Part shown: positions 16,517 to 26,209 of the stretch, piece after piece
How positions within the stretch are numbered: the stretch's first letter is position 1
Layout: every line of letters begins with the position of its first letter
Assembly (NCBI GenBank): GCA_045646745.1
Contig: JAZRLL010000121.1
Location: forward strand, 1-53,723
Direction: 5' to 3'
DNA from: Christensenellaceae bacterium
GTDB lineage: Bacteria; Bacillota; Clostridia; Christensenellales; Borkfalkiaceae
DNA length: 53,723 nt
The notes under the pieces: generated by a model
What the model saw: only the letters and a program-made list of their open reading frames with translations
Database searches by the model: none
Told to the model about the DNA's origin: nothing
Translations under genes and position numbers: made by a program

Positions 16517-18457
16517 ATGAATATACTTTTGCCTAATCAATCAATTTTAGAAGTAAAAGATAAAGCAACCGTTTTAGAAGTTGCGCTTACCATTTCCGAA
16601 GGATTAGCAAGAAACGCAGTTGCAGGTAAGGTAAACGGAGAATTAGTTGACCTTTCTTTTGAAGTGAAGCAAAACGATTTAGTTCAAATAATCACTTTAA
16701 AAGATGAAGACGGATTAAAAATTTATCGTCACACTTGTTCGCATATTTTAGCGCAAGCGGTTAAAAACATTTTCCCTACTTGTAATTTAGCAATCGGACC
16801 TGTAGTTGACAACGGATTTTATTACGATATTGATTTTAAAACGCCGATTTCTTTGGAAGATTTTTCTAAAATTGAAGAAGAAATGAAAAAAATTATTAAA
16901 AGCGATTTGCCTATTGAAAGATTTGAACTTCCTAAAAAAGACGCAATCAAACTTATGAAAAGTTTTAAAGAAGTTTATAAAGTTCAACTCATTGAAGACT
17001 TAAAAGACGGCGAAACTATATCTTTTTATAAACAAGGAGCGTTTACAGACCTTTGTCGTGGACCACACCTTCCTTCAACGGGAAAGGTAAAAGCGTTTAA
17101 ACTCACTTCGTTAACGGGTGCTTATTGGCGTGGGGATAGCAAAAATAAAATGCTCACTCGTATTTACGGCACTGCTTTTGCTAAAAAAAGTGAACTTGAC
17201 GAATACTTGGAAATGGTTGAACAAGCAAAACTTAGAGACCATAATAAAATTGGTAGAGAACTTGGCTATTTCACCACGGTTGACACTTTGGGACAAGGTT
17301 TACCCGTTTTACTTGAAAAGGGTTCTAGAACTATTCAAGTATTACAAAGATTCGTTGAAGATTACGAGCAAAAGAAAGGCTATATTTTAACTAAAACTCC
17401 GCTCATGGCAAAGAGTGATTTCTATCGTATTTCAGGCCACTGGGACCACTATAAAGAGGGTATGTTCGTTATTGGAAGTGAAGAAGACGGAAAAGAGTGT
17501 TTTGCACTTCGTCCAATGACTTGTCCTTTCCAATTCCAAGTTTATTTAAACAAACCAAGAAGTTATAGAGATTTACCAATGCGTTTTAACGAAACTTCAA
17601 CTCTTTTTAGAAATGAAGAAAGCGGAGAAATGCACGGACTTATAAGGGTTAGACAATTTACTATTTCAGAAGGACACCTTGCTTGCACTCCTAGTCAACT
17701 TGAAAACGAGTTTAAAGGTTGCGTTGACTTAATGCTTTATATGATGAAAGCGGTGGGTTTAGATAAAGACATTACTTATCGTTTTAGTAAATGGGATAAA
17801 AATAATAAGGCTAAATATATCGGTTCCGAAGAAGAGTGGGAAAGCGTTCAAAACGTTATGAAAGACATTTTGGATAATTTAGGAATTAACTACACCGAAG
17901 CAGATGGCGAGGCGGCATTCTACGGACCAAAACTTGACGTTCAAATTAAAAACGTTTTTGGAAAAGAAGATACGCTCGTTACTATTCAAATTGACTTCCA
18001 ACTTGCAAAGAGATTTGAAATGGTTTATACCGATAGCGATGGAGAAAAGAAATATCCATACGTTATCCATAGAACAAGTTTAGGTTGTTATGAAAGAACA
18101 CTCGCGTTATTACTTGAAAAATACGCAGGAGCGTTGCCATTATGGGTAGCACCTTATCAAGTTGCAATTTTAAACGTTAACGATAGATGCGAAGAATACT
18201 GCCGTAAATTGTGGGACAGATTGATTGAAGAAGGCATAAGACCTACTCTTGATTTAAGGTCTGAAACCATAGGCAAGAAAATTAGAGACGCTCAACTTGA
18301 TAAAGTTCCTTATATGGTTATCGTTGGAGATAAAGAAGTTGAAAACGGAAACAGCGTAGGCGTTAGAAGAAGGGGCGAAGGCGATTTAGGTTCAATGTCT
18401 ATTGAAGACTTTATTTTAAGGGTTAAAAAAGAAGTTAAAGAATTAAAACTTGATTAA
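16517..18457 (+). CDS. thrS: Threonine--tRNA ligase
   Basis: 646 aa with a TGS domain, a second additional domain, class II core motifs (FRNE.SG..HGL.R.RQF, GPKLD) and an anticodon-binding domain. RBS AAGGAG. Confidence 0.95.
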   Translation: MNILLPNQSILEVKDKATVLEVALTISEGLARNAVAGKVNGELVDLSFEVKQNDLVQIITLKDEDGLKIYRHTCSHILAQAVKNIFPTCNLAIGPVVDNGFYYDIDFKTPISLEDFSKIEEEMKKIIKSDLPIERFELPKKDAIKLMKSFKEVYKVQLIEDLKDGETISFYKQGAFTDLCRGPHLPSTGKVKAFKLTSLTGAYWRGDSKNKMLTRIYGTAFAKKSELDEYLEMVEQAKLRDHNKIGRELGYFTTVDTLGQGLPVLLEKGSRTIQVLQRFVEDYEQKKGYILTKTPLMAKSDFYRISGHWDHYKEGMFVIGSEEDGKECFALRPMTCPFQFQVYLNKPRSYRDLPMRFNETSTLFRNEESGEMHGLIRVRQFTISEGHLACTPSQLENEFKGCVDLMLYMMKAVGLDKDITYRFSKWDKNNKAKYIGSEEEWESVQNVMKDILDNLGINYTEADGEAAFYGPKLDVQIKNVFGKEDTLVTIQIDFQLAKRFEMVYTDSDGEKKYPYVIHRTSLGCYERTLALLLEKYAGALPLWVAPYQVAILNVNDRCEEYCRKLWDRLIEEGIRPTLDLRSETIGKKIRDAQLDKVPYMVIVGDKEVENGNSVGVRRRGEGDLGSMSIEDFILRVKKEVKELKLD

Positions 18458-18469
18458 TTAATTTATAAA

Positions 18470-18498
18470 ATGCTAATGAATTTTCGTTAGCATTTTTT
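18470..18498 (+). terminator. thrS intrinsic terminator
   Basis: ATGCTAATG pairs with CGTTAGCAT (9 bp, one G-U pair, 6-nt loop), followed by TTTTT. Confidence 0.8.
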
Positions 18499-18645
18499 AA
18501 TTTTAAAAGTTTAAATAAGTTTTTTTAAAATATTTTTCTCGCCGTAAAACTAGTTCAAAACGCAAAAAATTATAAAATTTATCTTTCGCATTAAATTATA
18601 GAACGTACAAATTTAAAAATTTTGTAAAAATAGCATAAAAAATAG

Positions 18646-18674
18646 TTGCAAAATTTTTTTGTTTTTGGTATAGT
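18646..18674 (+). promoter_or_regulatory. Promoter of the tRNA-Val/tRNA-Gly operon
   Basis: TTGCAA (18646-18651), a 17-nt spacer, then TATAGT (18669-18674). Confidence 0.55.
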
Positions 18675-18705
18675 ATATAAGCACTAAGTCGTGCAAATAG
18701 TATTT

Positions 18706-18781
18706 GGGAGTTTAGCTCAGTTGGGAGAGCATCTGCCTTACAAGCAGAGGGTCATAGGTTCGAGCCCTATAACTCCCACCA
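18706..18781 (+). tRNA. tRNA-Val (anticodon UAC)
   Basis: Cloverleaf by eye: acceptor GGGAGTT/AACTCCC, anticodon stem TCTGC/GCAGA with loop CTTACAA, T-arm GGTTCGAGCC, and an encoded CCA. Confidence 0.9.
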
Positions 18782-18846
18782 AATATTTTAAGTAAGTAGG
18801 GCTTGTTTTTAGTGGAATAAAGGCAGGTTTGAAAATCTTAAAATAT

Positions 18847-18921
18847 GCGGGAGTAGCTCAGTGGTAGAGCACTGCCTTGCCAAGGCAGGTGTCGCGAGTT
18901 CAAGTCTCGTTTCCCGCTCCA
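18847..18921 (+). tRNA. tRNA-Gly (anticodon GCC)
   Basis: Acceptor GCGGGAG/TTCCCGC, anticodon stem CTGCC/GGCAG with loop TTGCCAA, T-arm GAGTTCAAGTCTC, and an encoded CCA. Confidence 0.9.
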
Positions 18922-18928
18922 CTATAAA

Positions 18929-18959
18929 CTGCAAAACTTTAAGGTTTTGCAGTTTTTTT
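18929..18959 (+). terminator. Intrinsic terminator after the tRNA pair
   Basis: CTGCAAAAC (18929-18937) pairs with GTTTTGCAG (18944-18952), followed by T7. Confidence 0.85.
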
Positions 18960-19089
18960 ATTGCTCAAATTTGAGTTTTTAGGCTTTTATAATGCAAATT
19001 TTTAAAAAATAGCCTAAAATGATTGAAAAATTTTGATAAAAAGTATATTATATATACAATATACTTTAAATCGTAATTAAGGGGTTATT

Positions 19090-20286
19090 ATGGCTAAACA
19101 AAAAAAAGGGTTTATAACACGCCTTGTTGAAGGTAAAGAAAAGTCGGAAGACTACGCAAGAAGAACTCTACCTTCAAGCAGATGGTCGTTAGGTTGGGAT
19201 TTAATAAAAACTAATTTAGGTAAACTTTTTAAAATTAATTTACTCACTTTATTATTCATATTCCCAATTTTTTTAATTTTTATTTTTAGAGACGGAATTA
19301 TCACCGGTTTAGGTTATGAAGTTCCATTTACTCAAAATATTGGAATAGGATATCCTTCCTATCCATACTTAACGGGATTTGCTGAAAGAATTTATCTTAA
19401 CGCAGATTGGCTTTTATTCCTTGGCGCATTGATAATTTCTCCGTATATATCAGTTGGTATATCAGGCGGATTTTACGTTATGAGAAATTTAGTTTGGACG
19501 GAAGGCGTTTTCGTGTTCTCTGACTTTTTTAGGGGGGTTAAGAAAAACTTTTTAAGCGTTTTCTTCTGTACTTTATTATACTTTGTAGTTATTGGTTTTT
19601 CATTTTTGTCTATTGACCTTGTTAATATTATGCTTGCAACCGAAACTACGGGTGCGGTATTTGGAACTATTAGTAAAATAATTTCTTATGTTTTAATGGT
19701 ATTTTTCTCAATAATGTACTTATTTACCTTAACGTTAACGGTAACTTATAAACTTTCGGTATTTAAACTTATAAGAAACTCAATTATCTTTACTATTAGC
19801 CTTTTACCAATGAACTTATTCTTTGTTGCGCTTAGTTTAGTTCCGTTCATTTTCTTATTATTCTCGGCAGGCTCGTTTTTCTTTATGCTTGGAATAATTT
19901 TAGTTATAATACTTTCAATTTCACTATTTATGCTCATTTTCACAAACTACTCTCAATGGACTTTTGACGAGTTCTTAAATGATAAAGTAGCGGGGGCTAA
20001 AAAGAATAGGGGAATTTATAAAAAATCGCAAGAAGATATTGAAAAAGACGTTTCTTCTTACGTTCTTTCAAAAAGACCAATTAAGCCTATAACCGACTAC
20101 GATATAGAAATTGAAGCGTTGCCAGAGTCTTATTCAAGAAAAGACTTAATTAGACTTGAAGAAAGTAAAAAGCGTATGATAGAAGACAGTGATAGATACG
20201 TTTTAGAGCATCAAGCGGAAATTAATAAGGCGTCAAAAGAAGTTGACGATTTCATGAAGCAAGAAAACAAAAAAAATAAAAAATAA
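19090..20286 (+). CDS. Membrane protein, DUF624/YesL-like N-terminal region with a long charged C-terminal tail
   Basis: 398 aa with about 6 TM segments. The last roughly 110 residues are soluble and rich in K/E/D. RBS AAGGGG. The family call is tentative. Confidence 0.45.
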   Translation: MAKQKKGFITRLVEGKEKSEDYARRTLPSSRWSLGWDLIKTNLGKLFKINLLTLLFIFPIFLIFIFRDGIITGLGYEVPFTQNIGIGYPSYPYLTGFAERIYLNADWLLFLGALIISPYISVGISGGFYVMRNLVWTEGVFVFSDFFRGVKKNFLSVFFCTLLYFVVIGFSFLSIDLVNIMLATETTGAVFGTISKIISYVLMVFFSIMYLFTLTLTVTYKLSVFKLIRNSIIFTISLLPMNLFFVALSLVPFIFLLFSAGSFFFMLGIILVIILSISLFMLIFTNYSQWTFDEFLNDKVAGAKKNRGIYKKSQEDIEKDVSSYVLSKRPIKPITDYDIEIEALPESYSRKDLIRLEESKKRMIEDSDRYVLEHQAEINKASKEVDDFMKQENKKNKK

Positions 20287-20306
20287 AAATTTTTAAAAGT
20301 AAAAGT

Positions 20307-21044
20307 ATGGCTAAACCTTACGAAATTTTATCTAAATATTACGAAGATATTATAAGTGATAATAACTATGAAGAATTTTTGAATTTCCTTTTAAAAAAAG
20401 TAAAAGAAAATTCCCCAACCAATAAGGGTATAGATTGTGCTTGTGGTAGCGGATTGTTTACTCGCAAATTAAAAAAAGAAGGTTTTTCGGTTTTTGGCGT
20501 TGACGTTAGCGAAGAAATGCTTCAAGAAGCAAAAAACAAATCTATAACCGAAAAATTAAATATTGAGTATCTAAAACAAGATATGAAAAATTTAAAATCT
20601 TTTGAAAAAGTTGGTTTTATCTCGGCCGTTAACGACGGAATTAATTATTTATCTTATCAAGACTTAAAAAAGGCGTTTAAAAGTTTTAACAAATGCTTAA
20701 TTAAGGGTGGATATTTAATTTTTGACATATCTTCAAAACACAAACTTTTAAACGTTTTAAACGGCAACGTATTTTGTGATAACGATGAAAAAGTAAGTTA
20801 TATATGGTTCAATACTTTTATGCAAGATAAAAACGCAATAAATTTAACCTTAACTTTTTTTGAAAAACAAGGGGACGGCTATAAAAGATTTGACGAAGAG
20901 CAAATTCAATACGTTCATAGCGTTGAAGATATTGAAAACCTATTATGCGATAGTGGTTTTAGATTGATTGAAATAACTGACGAATTCGGTTGTGAGGTAA
21001 AAAGCAATTCTCAAAAAAACGTCTTTATGGCTATAAAAGAATAA
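20307..21044 (+). CDS. Class I SAM-dependent methyltransferase
   Basis: Motif I is IDCACGSGLFT, followed by an acidic loop GVDVSEEML. Confidence 0.75.
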   Translation: MAKPYEILSKYYEDIISDNNYEEFLNFLLKKVKENSPTNKGIDCACGSGLFTRKLKKEGFSVFGVDVSEEMLQEAKNKSITEKLNIEYLKQDMKNLKSFEKVGFISAVNDGINYLSYQDLKKAFKSFNKCLIKGGYLIFDISSKHKLLNVLNGNVFCDNDEKVSYIWFNTFMQDKNAINLTLTFFEKQGDGYKRFDEEQIQYVHSVEDIENLLCDSGFRLIEITDEFGCEVKSNSQKNVFMAIKE

Positions 21045-21045
21045 T

Positions 21046-21897
21046 ATGGATAAACTTTATAAAGGCCTAATTTACGACGGCCAAATAATGTTAACGCTTA
21101 TTGAAAGCACTAAAATTGTAAATAAGGCAATAGGTTATCATAACCTAACGCCACTCACGGCAGCAACGTTGGGTAGAACGATGACTGCCTCTTTATTTAT
21201 GGCTTCAAATTTAAAAAACGCTAATGATAAACTATCAATAACCATCTCCGGAGACGGCGTTGGTGGACACGTTATAGTTAGTGCAAATAGTAAACTTCAA
21301 GTTAGGGGTTGTATTGATAATCCTTCGGCAGAGTTGCCACTTAAACCTAACGGAAAATTAGACGTTAGCGGTTGTGTAGGAAAGGGTAAAATGACAATCG
21401 TTAAAAGTATGGGTTTAAAAGAACCTTACACGGGAACTTGCGAAATAGTAAGTGGTGAGATTGCTCAAGATTTTGCCTACTATTATACCCTTTCAGAGCA
21501 AACTCCAACGGCTATGGCGCTAGGCGTTAAAGTTAACGGAAAAAACGTTTGCGTAGGTGCTGGCGGAGTTATTATTCAAGTTATGCCAAACTGTGAAGAA
21601 GAAAATATTTCAAAGGCAGAAAAACTGATAAACGAATTTTACGATATTAGTTCAAAAATAGAAAAATATGGTATTGACGGGGTTATAGCCGAGTATTTTG
21701 ACGGCGTAGAGTTTTCTAGTTATAGCCCGACTTATAAGTGTATTTGCTCTAAAAATTATATTGATAAAACCTTAATTTCTTTGGGGAAAGAAGAACTTTT
21801 AGATATATTAAAAGAGCAAGGCGAAATAAGGGTTAAATGCGAGTATTGCAATAAGACGTACGTATACGATAAAGAAGGCGTAGAAAAATTATTCTAA
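21046..21897 (+). CDS. hslO: Redox-regulated chaperone Hsp33
   Basis: The length and the C-terminal zinc centre CxC...CxxC (CICS...CEYC) fit Hsp33. Confidence 0.85.
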   Translation: MDKLYKGLIYDGQIMLTLIESTKIVNKAIGYHNLTPLTAATLGRTMTASLFMASNLKNANDKLSITISGDGVGGHVIVSANSKLQVRGCIDNPSAELPLKPNGKLDVSGCVGKGKMTIVKSMGLKEPYTGTCEIVSGEIAQDFAYYYTLSEQTPTAMALGVKVNGKNVCVGAGGVIIQVMPNCEEENISKAEKLINEFYDISSKIEKYGIDGVIAEYFDGVEFSSYSPTYKCICSKNYIDKTLISLGKEELLDILKEQGEIRVKCEYCNKTYVYDKEGVEKLF

Positions 21898-21902
21898 CGA
21901 AA

Positions 21903-23591
21903 ATGGAAAAGGTTAAAATTGCCAATTATAGCGAAAGACAACTTAATATTTTATACGAAAAATACAAAGAAGAAAACGACGTGGTAAATCTATTAAGCGT
22001 ACTTTTTAAAATGCTAAAAAACACTAAAAACCCCAAAAGCGTTTATTACGAAATTGCCAAAACGTATTTTAGTATAGAAATGTTTGAAAAGGCAAAGGAG
22101 TATTTTTTCAGGCTTTTAGACTTTAACGACGAGTATTACAATTTAAGGGCGTATAATGGGTTAGGGGCTTCTTTTTATAAGATGAACGACGACCTTTACG
22201 CAGGTTATTATTTTGATAAACAAATTAATACCAACAATGAAGAATATTGCATCTACAACGATTTAGCAACGGAGTTTTTTAACGAAATTTATAATAGGTC
22301 AAATAATTATTATTTAGCCTATCCTTACGAAAAGGCCGATTTTACAAATTTATTAAACAACAGTTCCGTGCTTATTGGTCGTGGGGAATTTGAAAAAGCC
22401 ATTGAAACACTTAAAATTATTCCAAAAAATTCAAAGTTTTACGAAAATAAATTATTGCAAATTGGAATTTCCAAGTATTTTTTAAAGGACTACTGCGGGG
22501 CTATTGACTATATAAATCAAGCAATAGAAGTTAGTGAAAATAAAGTTATTCCTTTACTAAATGCGTTAAACATATCTTTTGATATGAAAGATATCGTAAA
22601 CCATAAAAAATACCTTGAAGAATTTTCTAAAATTGACTTGGGCGAAGATTATGAAAATATTTTGAAAGCCTTTTTGATTTTTTGTGAAATTTACAATTAT
22701 AAAAAGGCTAAAAGTTTGGGTGAAAAATATCTAAAAAAATATCCTAATAATTATTTAGTTAGTTATTTTTTAGGAATTACGTATTTAAATTTAAAAGACT
22801 TTGAAAAGGCAAAAATAACTTTTTCAAAGTGTATGCAATTAGACGCTAATTTTATAAATAAAACCTATTACGAACTTGCGTGTGATGAAAAGTTAAGTAA
22901 GTCAATTTTAAAAGAAAGCGGGTTTAAATATTCTTTTGATATTCCACCGCAAAAAAAGGTTGCCATACTTAAAATTATAATGCTTTTATCAAGTTTAGAA
23001 AGTTTAAACAAGGAAGAAAAGGCGGTATTGAACGAGTATTTTAACTATGCGATATTAATAGAATTACAGCCTTTTTCACTTAAAGTTTTTGACGTGTATT
23101 TTAATAAAATTTCTAAATTTACAAAAGCGCAACTTGAAGATATTTTTCTTTCTACAAAGGTTAGCGACACGACTAAAAAAGAAATAATAAAAAGGCTAAT
23201 TTTAAATGACGTTAAAGGTAGTTTTGGTTGTGTTTTATCTAACGTGTACTCAAAAATTAAACTTGCTTTGTACGAGTTTGACGGTGAAAACGGCGAGTTT
23301 TTCAAGCGGGCTTTTTCTATCGCTTGTTGCAAAGTTATTCTTAGTGAAAAATACGTTAAAAAACTATACGAAACTTCTAAAAAAATATTTGATACCTTAT
23401 CTTTTTTCAATTTAACTTCGCTTTACGATGACGTAAACACTTTGTCTGCTATGTTTTACGAGTTGTTCGGCGAAATGCCGATTTCAAAAAGAAGAGAACT
23501 TTCTCAAAGATTTAATGCAAATTTAAGGACGTTAAAAAGATATAAAGAAACCTATTTTAATTGTTTAGAAAAATTAAATGAAAATATTTAA
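21903..23591 (+). CDS. TPR-repeat protein
   Basis: A 562-aa helical protein with repeated A..Y....G.....Y..A...F-type 34-residue patterns. No catalytic motif was seen. Confidence 0.55.
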   Translation: MEKVKIANYSERQLNILYEKYKEENDVVNLLSVLFKMLKNTKNPKSVYYEIAKTYFSIEMFEKAKEYFFRLLDFNDEYYNLRAYNGLGASFYKMNDDLYAGYYFDKQINTNNEEYCIYNDLATEFFNEIYNRSNNYYLAYPYEKADFTNLLNNSSVLIGRGEFEKAIETLKIIPKNSKFYENKLLQIGISKYFLKDYCGAIDYINQAIEVSENKVIPLLNALNISFDMKDIVNHKKYLEEFSKIDLGEDYENILKAFLIFCEIYNYKKAKSLGEKYLKKYPNNYLVSYFLGITYLNLKDFEKAKITFSKCMQLDANFINKTYYELACDEKLSKSILKESGFKYSFDIPPQKKVAILKIIMLLSSLESLNKEEKAVLNEYFNYAILIELQPFSLKVFDVYFNKISKFTKAQLEDIFLSTKVSDTTKKEIIKRLILNDVKGSFGCVLSNVYSKIKLALYEFDGENGEFFKRAFSIACCKVILSEKYVKKLYETSKKIFDTLSFFNLTSLYDDVNTLSAMFYELFGEMPISKRRELSQRFNANLRTLKRYKETYFNCLEKLNENI

Positions 23592-23632
23592 AGTAAAAAC
23601 TATCAAGGCGTGGTAGTTTTTATTTTTTTGTA

Positions 23633-23661
23633 TTGACACTTATTTTTAGCGAGTGTATAAT
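23633..23661 (+). promoter_or_regulatory. Consensus sigma-A promoter for the ABC pair
   Basis: TTGACA (23633-23638), a 17-nt spacer, then TATAAT (23656-23661). Confidence 0.65.
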
Positions 23662-23682
23662 TTAATTAGAGATAATTAAATT
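23659..23682. promoter_or_regulatory. Candidate operator: perfect 10-bp inverted repeat overlapping the -10/+1 region
   Basis: AATTTAATTA (23659-23668), GAGA, then TAATTAAATT (23673-23682). The repeat is A/T-only, so chance occurrence is not negligible. Confidence 0.35.
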
Positions 23683-23699
23683 TAAAGGGGGTAGTTTTC

Positions 23700-24401
23700 G
23701 TGAGTTATTTATCCTTAAAAAACGTGTCAAAAAAGTATATCGTAGGCGATATTGAGATAAATGCGTTATCAAACGTTTCTTTTGATTTAAACAACGGGGA
23801 ATTAGTAGTTATTTTAGGTTCAAGCGGAGCGGGGAAAACCACTCTTTTAAACTTGCTTGGCGGTATGGACACCGCAACTAGTGGCGAAATAATTTTAGAC
23901 GGCCAAGATATAACTAAATTGAACAAAAAGGGCTTAACTTTATTTAGAAGAAAAGATATAGGCTTTATTTTTCAGTTTTATAATTTAATGCCAAATTTAA
24001 CGGCTATTGAAAACATAGAGATTTCGGTGGAGATTTGCGAAAATTCCTTATCGCCTAAAAGCGTTCTTGAAGGGGTTGGGCTTAAAGATAGAATGAACAA
24101 TTTTCCTTCACAATTATCAGGGGGAGAGCAACAAAGAGTTTCAATAGCAAGGGCGATAGCCAAAAATCCAAAATTACTTCTTTGCGACGAGCCAACGGGG
24201 GCTTTGGACTATAATACGGGAAAGAAAATTTTATCAATGTTAAGTGATATTTGCAAAAAGGAAAATAAACTCGTAATTATAGTTTCACACAATCAAGCCC
24301 TAAAAGATATGGCGGATAAAGTTATAAAGATTAAAAACGGCATGATAGAAGATATCATAGTTAATAAAAACCCAAAAAATATTGAGGAGATTGAGTGGTG
24401 A
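23700..24401 (+). CDS. ABC transporter ATP-binding protein (MacB/LolD/FtsE-like)
   Basis: GTG start 9 nt after GGGGG. Walker A GSSGAGKTT, signature LSGGEQQR and Walker B LLLCDEPT are present. Confidence 0.9.
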   Translation: MSYLSLKNVSKKYIVGDIEINALSNVSFDLNNGELVVILGSSGAGKTTLLNLLGGMDTATSGEIILDGQDITKLNKKGLTLFRRKDIGFIFQFYNLMPNLTAIENIEISVEICENSLSPKSVLEGVGLKDRMNNFPSQLSGGEQQRVSIARAIAKNPKLLLCDEPTGALDYNTGKKILSMLSDICKKENKLVIIVSHNQALKDMADKVIKIKNGMIEDIIVNKNPKNIEEIEW

Positions 24402-26173
24402 TTAAAACTTATAGTAAAATTACCTTAAAAATGTTTAAAAAACATTTTTCAAGAATGGTTTCAATAATTTTCATAGTTTTAATTAGCGTTGCTTTCGTTT
24501 CGGGGGTAGGCTCGTCAAAGGATAAAATTTACAATTCTACAAACGAGTTTTATAAAGACAGAAACGTTTCAGATTTTATAGTAAAATCAACGTCTATTTC
24601 TGGATTTACGAGCCAAGATTTAGACAATTTAGAAAAGGAGTTTTCGGGTGGAAAAGTTCAAGCCTTAACCACTTTTGATATTAAAGAAAACGACCTTATT
24701 AGTAGGCTATACTTTTTAAATTATGAAGATTTACAAATAAATAAATTTGAACTTTTAGAAGGAAACTATCCAACACAAAATAGCGAGTGTATGGTTGAAA
24801 GGGGAACAAACAATCTAATTGAGTATAGTATAGGCGATGAAATTGAAGTTCAAGGAAGAACTTATAAAGTAGTTGGAATATGCGTTAACCCTTTAATATT
24901 AAACACCGTTGAAGAGATAGGTAGCGTAAACGGCGAAGAAGTAGTTTTAGACAGGGTAGTATATTTTAACGAGATTTCGTACCTTCCTAAAACTGATATT
25001 TGGTTGTCAATAGAAAACAGAGATTTATTTAACGGCTATTCTTCAAAATACGAAACGGAAATTGATAAAAACAAGGCTAAAATTGAAGGGCTTTTAGATG
25101 GAAGCGTAGTTTTAACTTTATACGAAAACAAAGGTTTATACGCACTAATTTCTTACGCTGATAAAGTTGGAACTATTAACTATATTTTAATGTTTGCGTT
25201 TATTTTCGTTGCTATGTTAATAGTTTTATCAACGATGTCAAGGCTAGTAGAAGAAGAAAGAAGTCAAATTGCGTGCTTAACTACGTTAGGGTATTCGCCT
25301 TTCAAAATTATTAAAAAATACCTAATATTTTCAATAATTTCTATGATTATAGGTAGCGTTATAGGTTATTTTTTAGGCGAGTTCGTTTGTAAACTTATAT
25401 ACGACGCCTTTAACGCAAGATTTCATATGCCCCCTATGACGAGCGTTTTGTCTTTTAAATTTTACGCTTTAATCACTAGTTTAATGGGGGTATCGCTAAT
25501 TTTCTTAACGACATACGTAGGGCTAAAAACGGCTAACGAAGTTCCTGCTAAATTGTTAGTGCCTGCATCTCCACCAAACGGAAAGAAGGTGTTTTTAGAA
25601 AGAATTCCTTTTATTTGGAATAGGCTTTCGTTTAAGTACAAATCAAGTTTAAGAAACGTTTTAAGGTATAAAAAACACTTTTTTATGACGGTAATATCTA
25701 TTGCGGGAGCAACGGCACTCGTTTATATGGGAATTGGCGTTTTTGATTATAGTTTGCAAGATAAAACCATCGGTGAAATTTTAACTTTACTCGCCTGGGT
25801 AGTAGTAATTTTTGCGGGATTATTAAGTGCTTTGGTTATCTACACGCTAACGAACATCAATATAAGCGAAAGAAATAGAGAAATAGCAACGCTTATGGTT
25901 TTAGGATATAAAGACGGCGAAGTGTGTATGTATATTTATCGTGAAATATATATAATGTCGCTAATAGGAATAGTTTTAGGTATTCCGCTTGGAGTATTTT
26001 TAATGAGTTTAGTTTTTTCCTTTTTAAACTTTGGCGACGTTTCGTTAATTAGGCTATACGTATATCTGTTAACACCGATTATAACTATAATTTTCTCATT
26101 ACTTGTTTCTTTATTATTAAGAAGAAAGATAATAAAAATTGATATGAACGAATCCTTAAAAGCAAGAGAATAA
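24395..26173 (+). CDS. ABC transporter permease, FtsX/MacB-type with a large extracytoplasmic domain
   Basis: GTG start 5 nt after GAGGAG, overlapping the ATPase gene by 7 nt. TM1 is followed by an extracytoplasmic domain of about 210 aa and then two FtsX-like TM bundles. Confidence 0.8.
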   Translation: MVIKTYSKITLKMFKKHFSRMVSIIFIVLISVAFVSGVGSSKDKIYNSTNEFYKDRNVSDFIVKSTSISGFTSQDLDNLEKEFSGGKVQALTTFDIKENDLISRLYFLNYEDLQINKFELLEGNYPTQNSECMVERGTNNLIEYSIGDEIEVQGRTYKVVGICVNPLILNTVEEIGSVNGEEVVLDRVVYFNEISYLPKTDIWLSIENRDLFNGYSSKYETEIDKNKAKIEGLLDGSVVLTLYENKGLYALISYADKVGTINYILMFAFIFVAMLIVLSTMSRLVEEERSQIACLTTLGYSPFKIIKKYLIFSIISMIIGSVIGYFLGEFVCKLIYDAFNARFHMPPMTSVLSFKFYALITSLMGVSLIFLTTYVGLKTANEVPAKLLVPASPPNGKKVFLERIPFIWNRLSFKYKSSLRNVLRYKKHFFMTVISIAGATALVYMGIGVFDYSLQDKTIGEILTLLAWVVVIFAGLLSALVIYTLTNINISERNREIATLMVLGYKDGEVCMYIYREIYIMSLIGIVLGIPLGVFLMSLVFSFLNFGDVSLIRLYVYLLTPIITIIFSLLVSLLLRRKIIKIDMNESLKARE

Positions 26174-26209
26174 AAAACGTCGGAGCATCTGCTCCGACGT
26201 AATTTTTTT
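26172..26209. terminator. Bidirectional intrinsic terminator
   Basis: ACGTCGGAGC (26177-26186) pairs with GCTCCGACGT (26191-26200): 10 bp and a 4-nt loop. An A-run precedes it and T7 follows. Confidence 0.85.
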
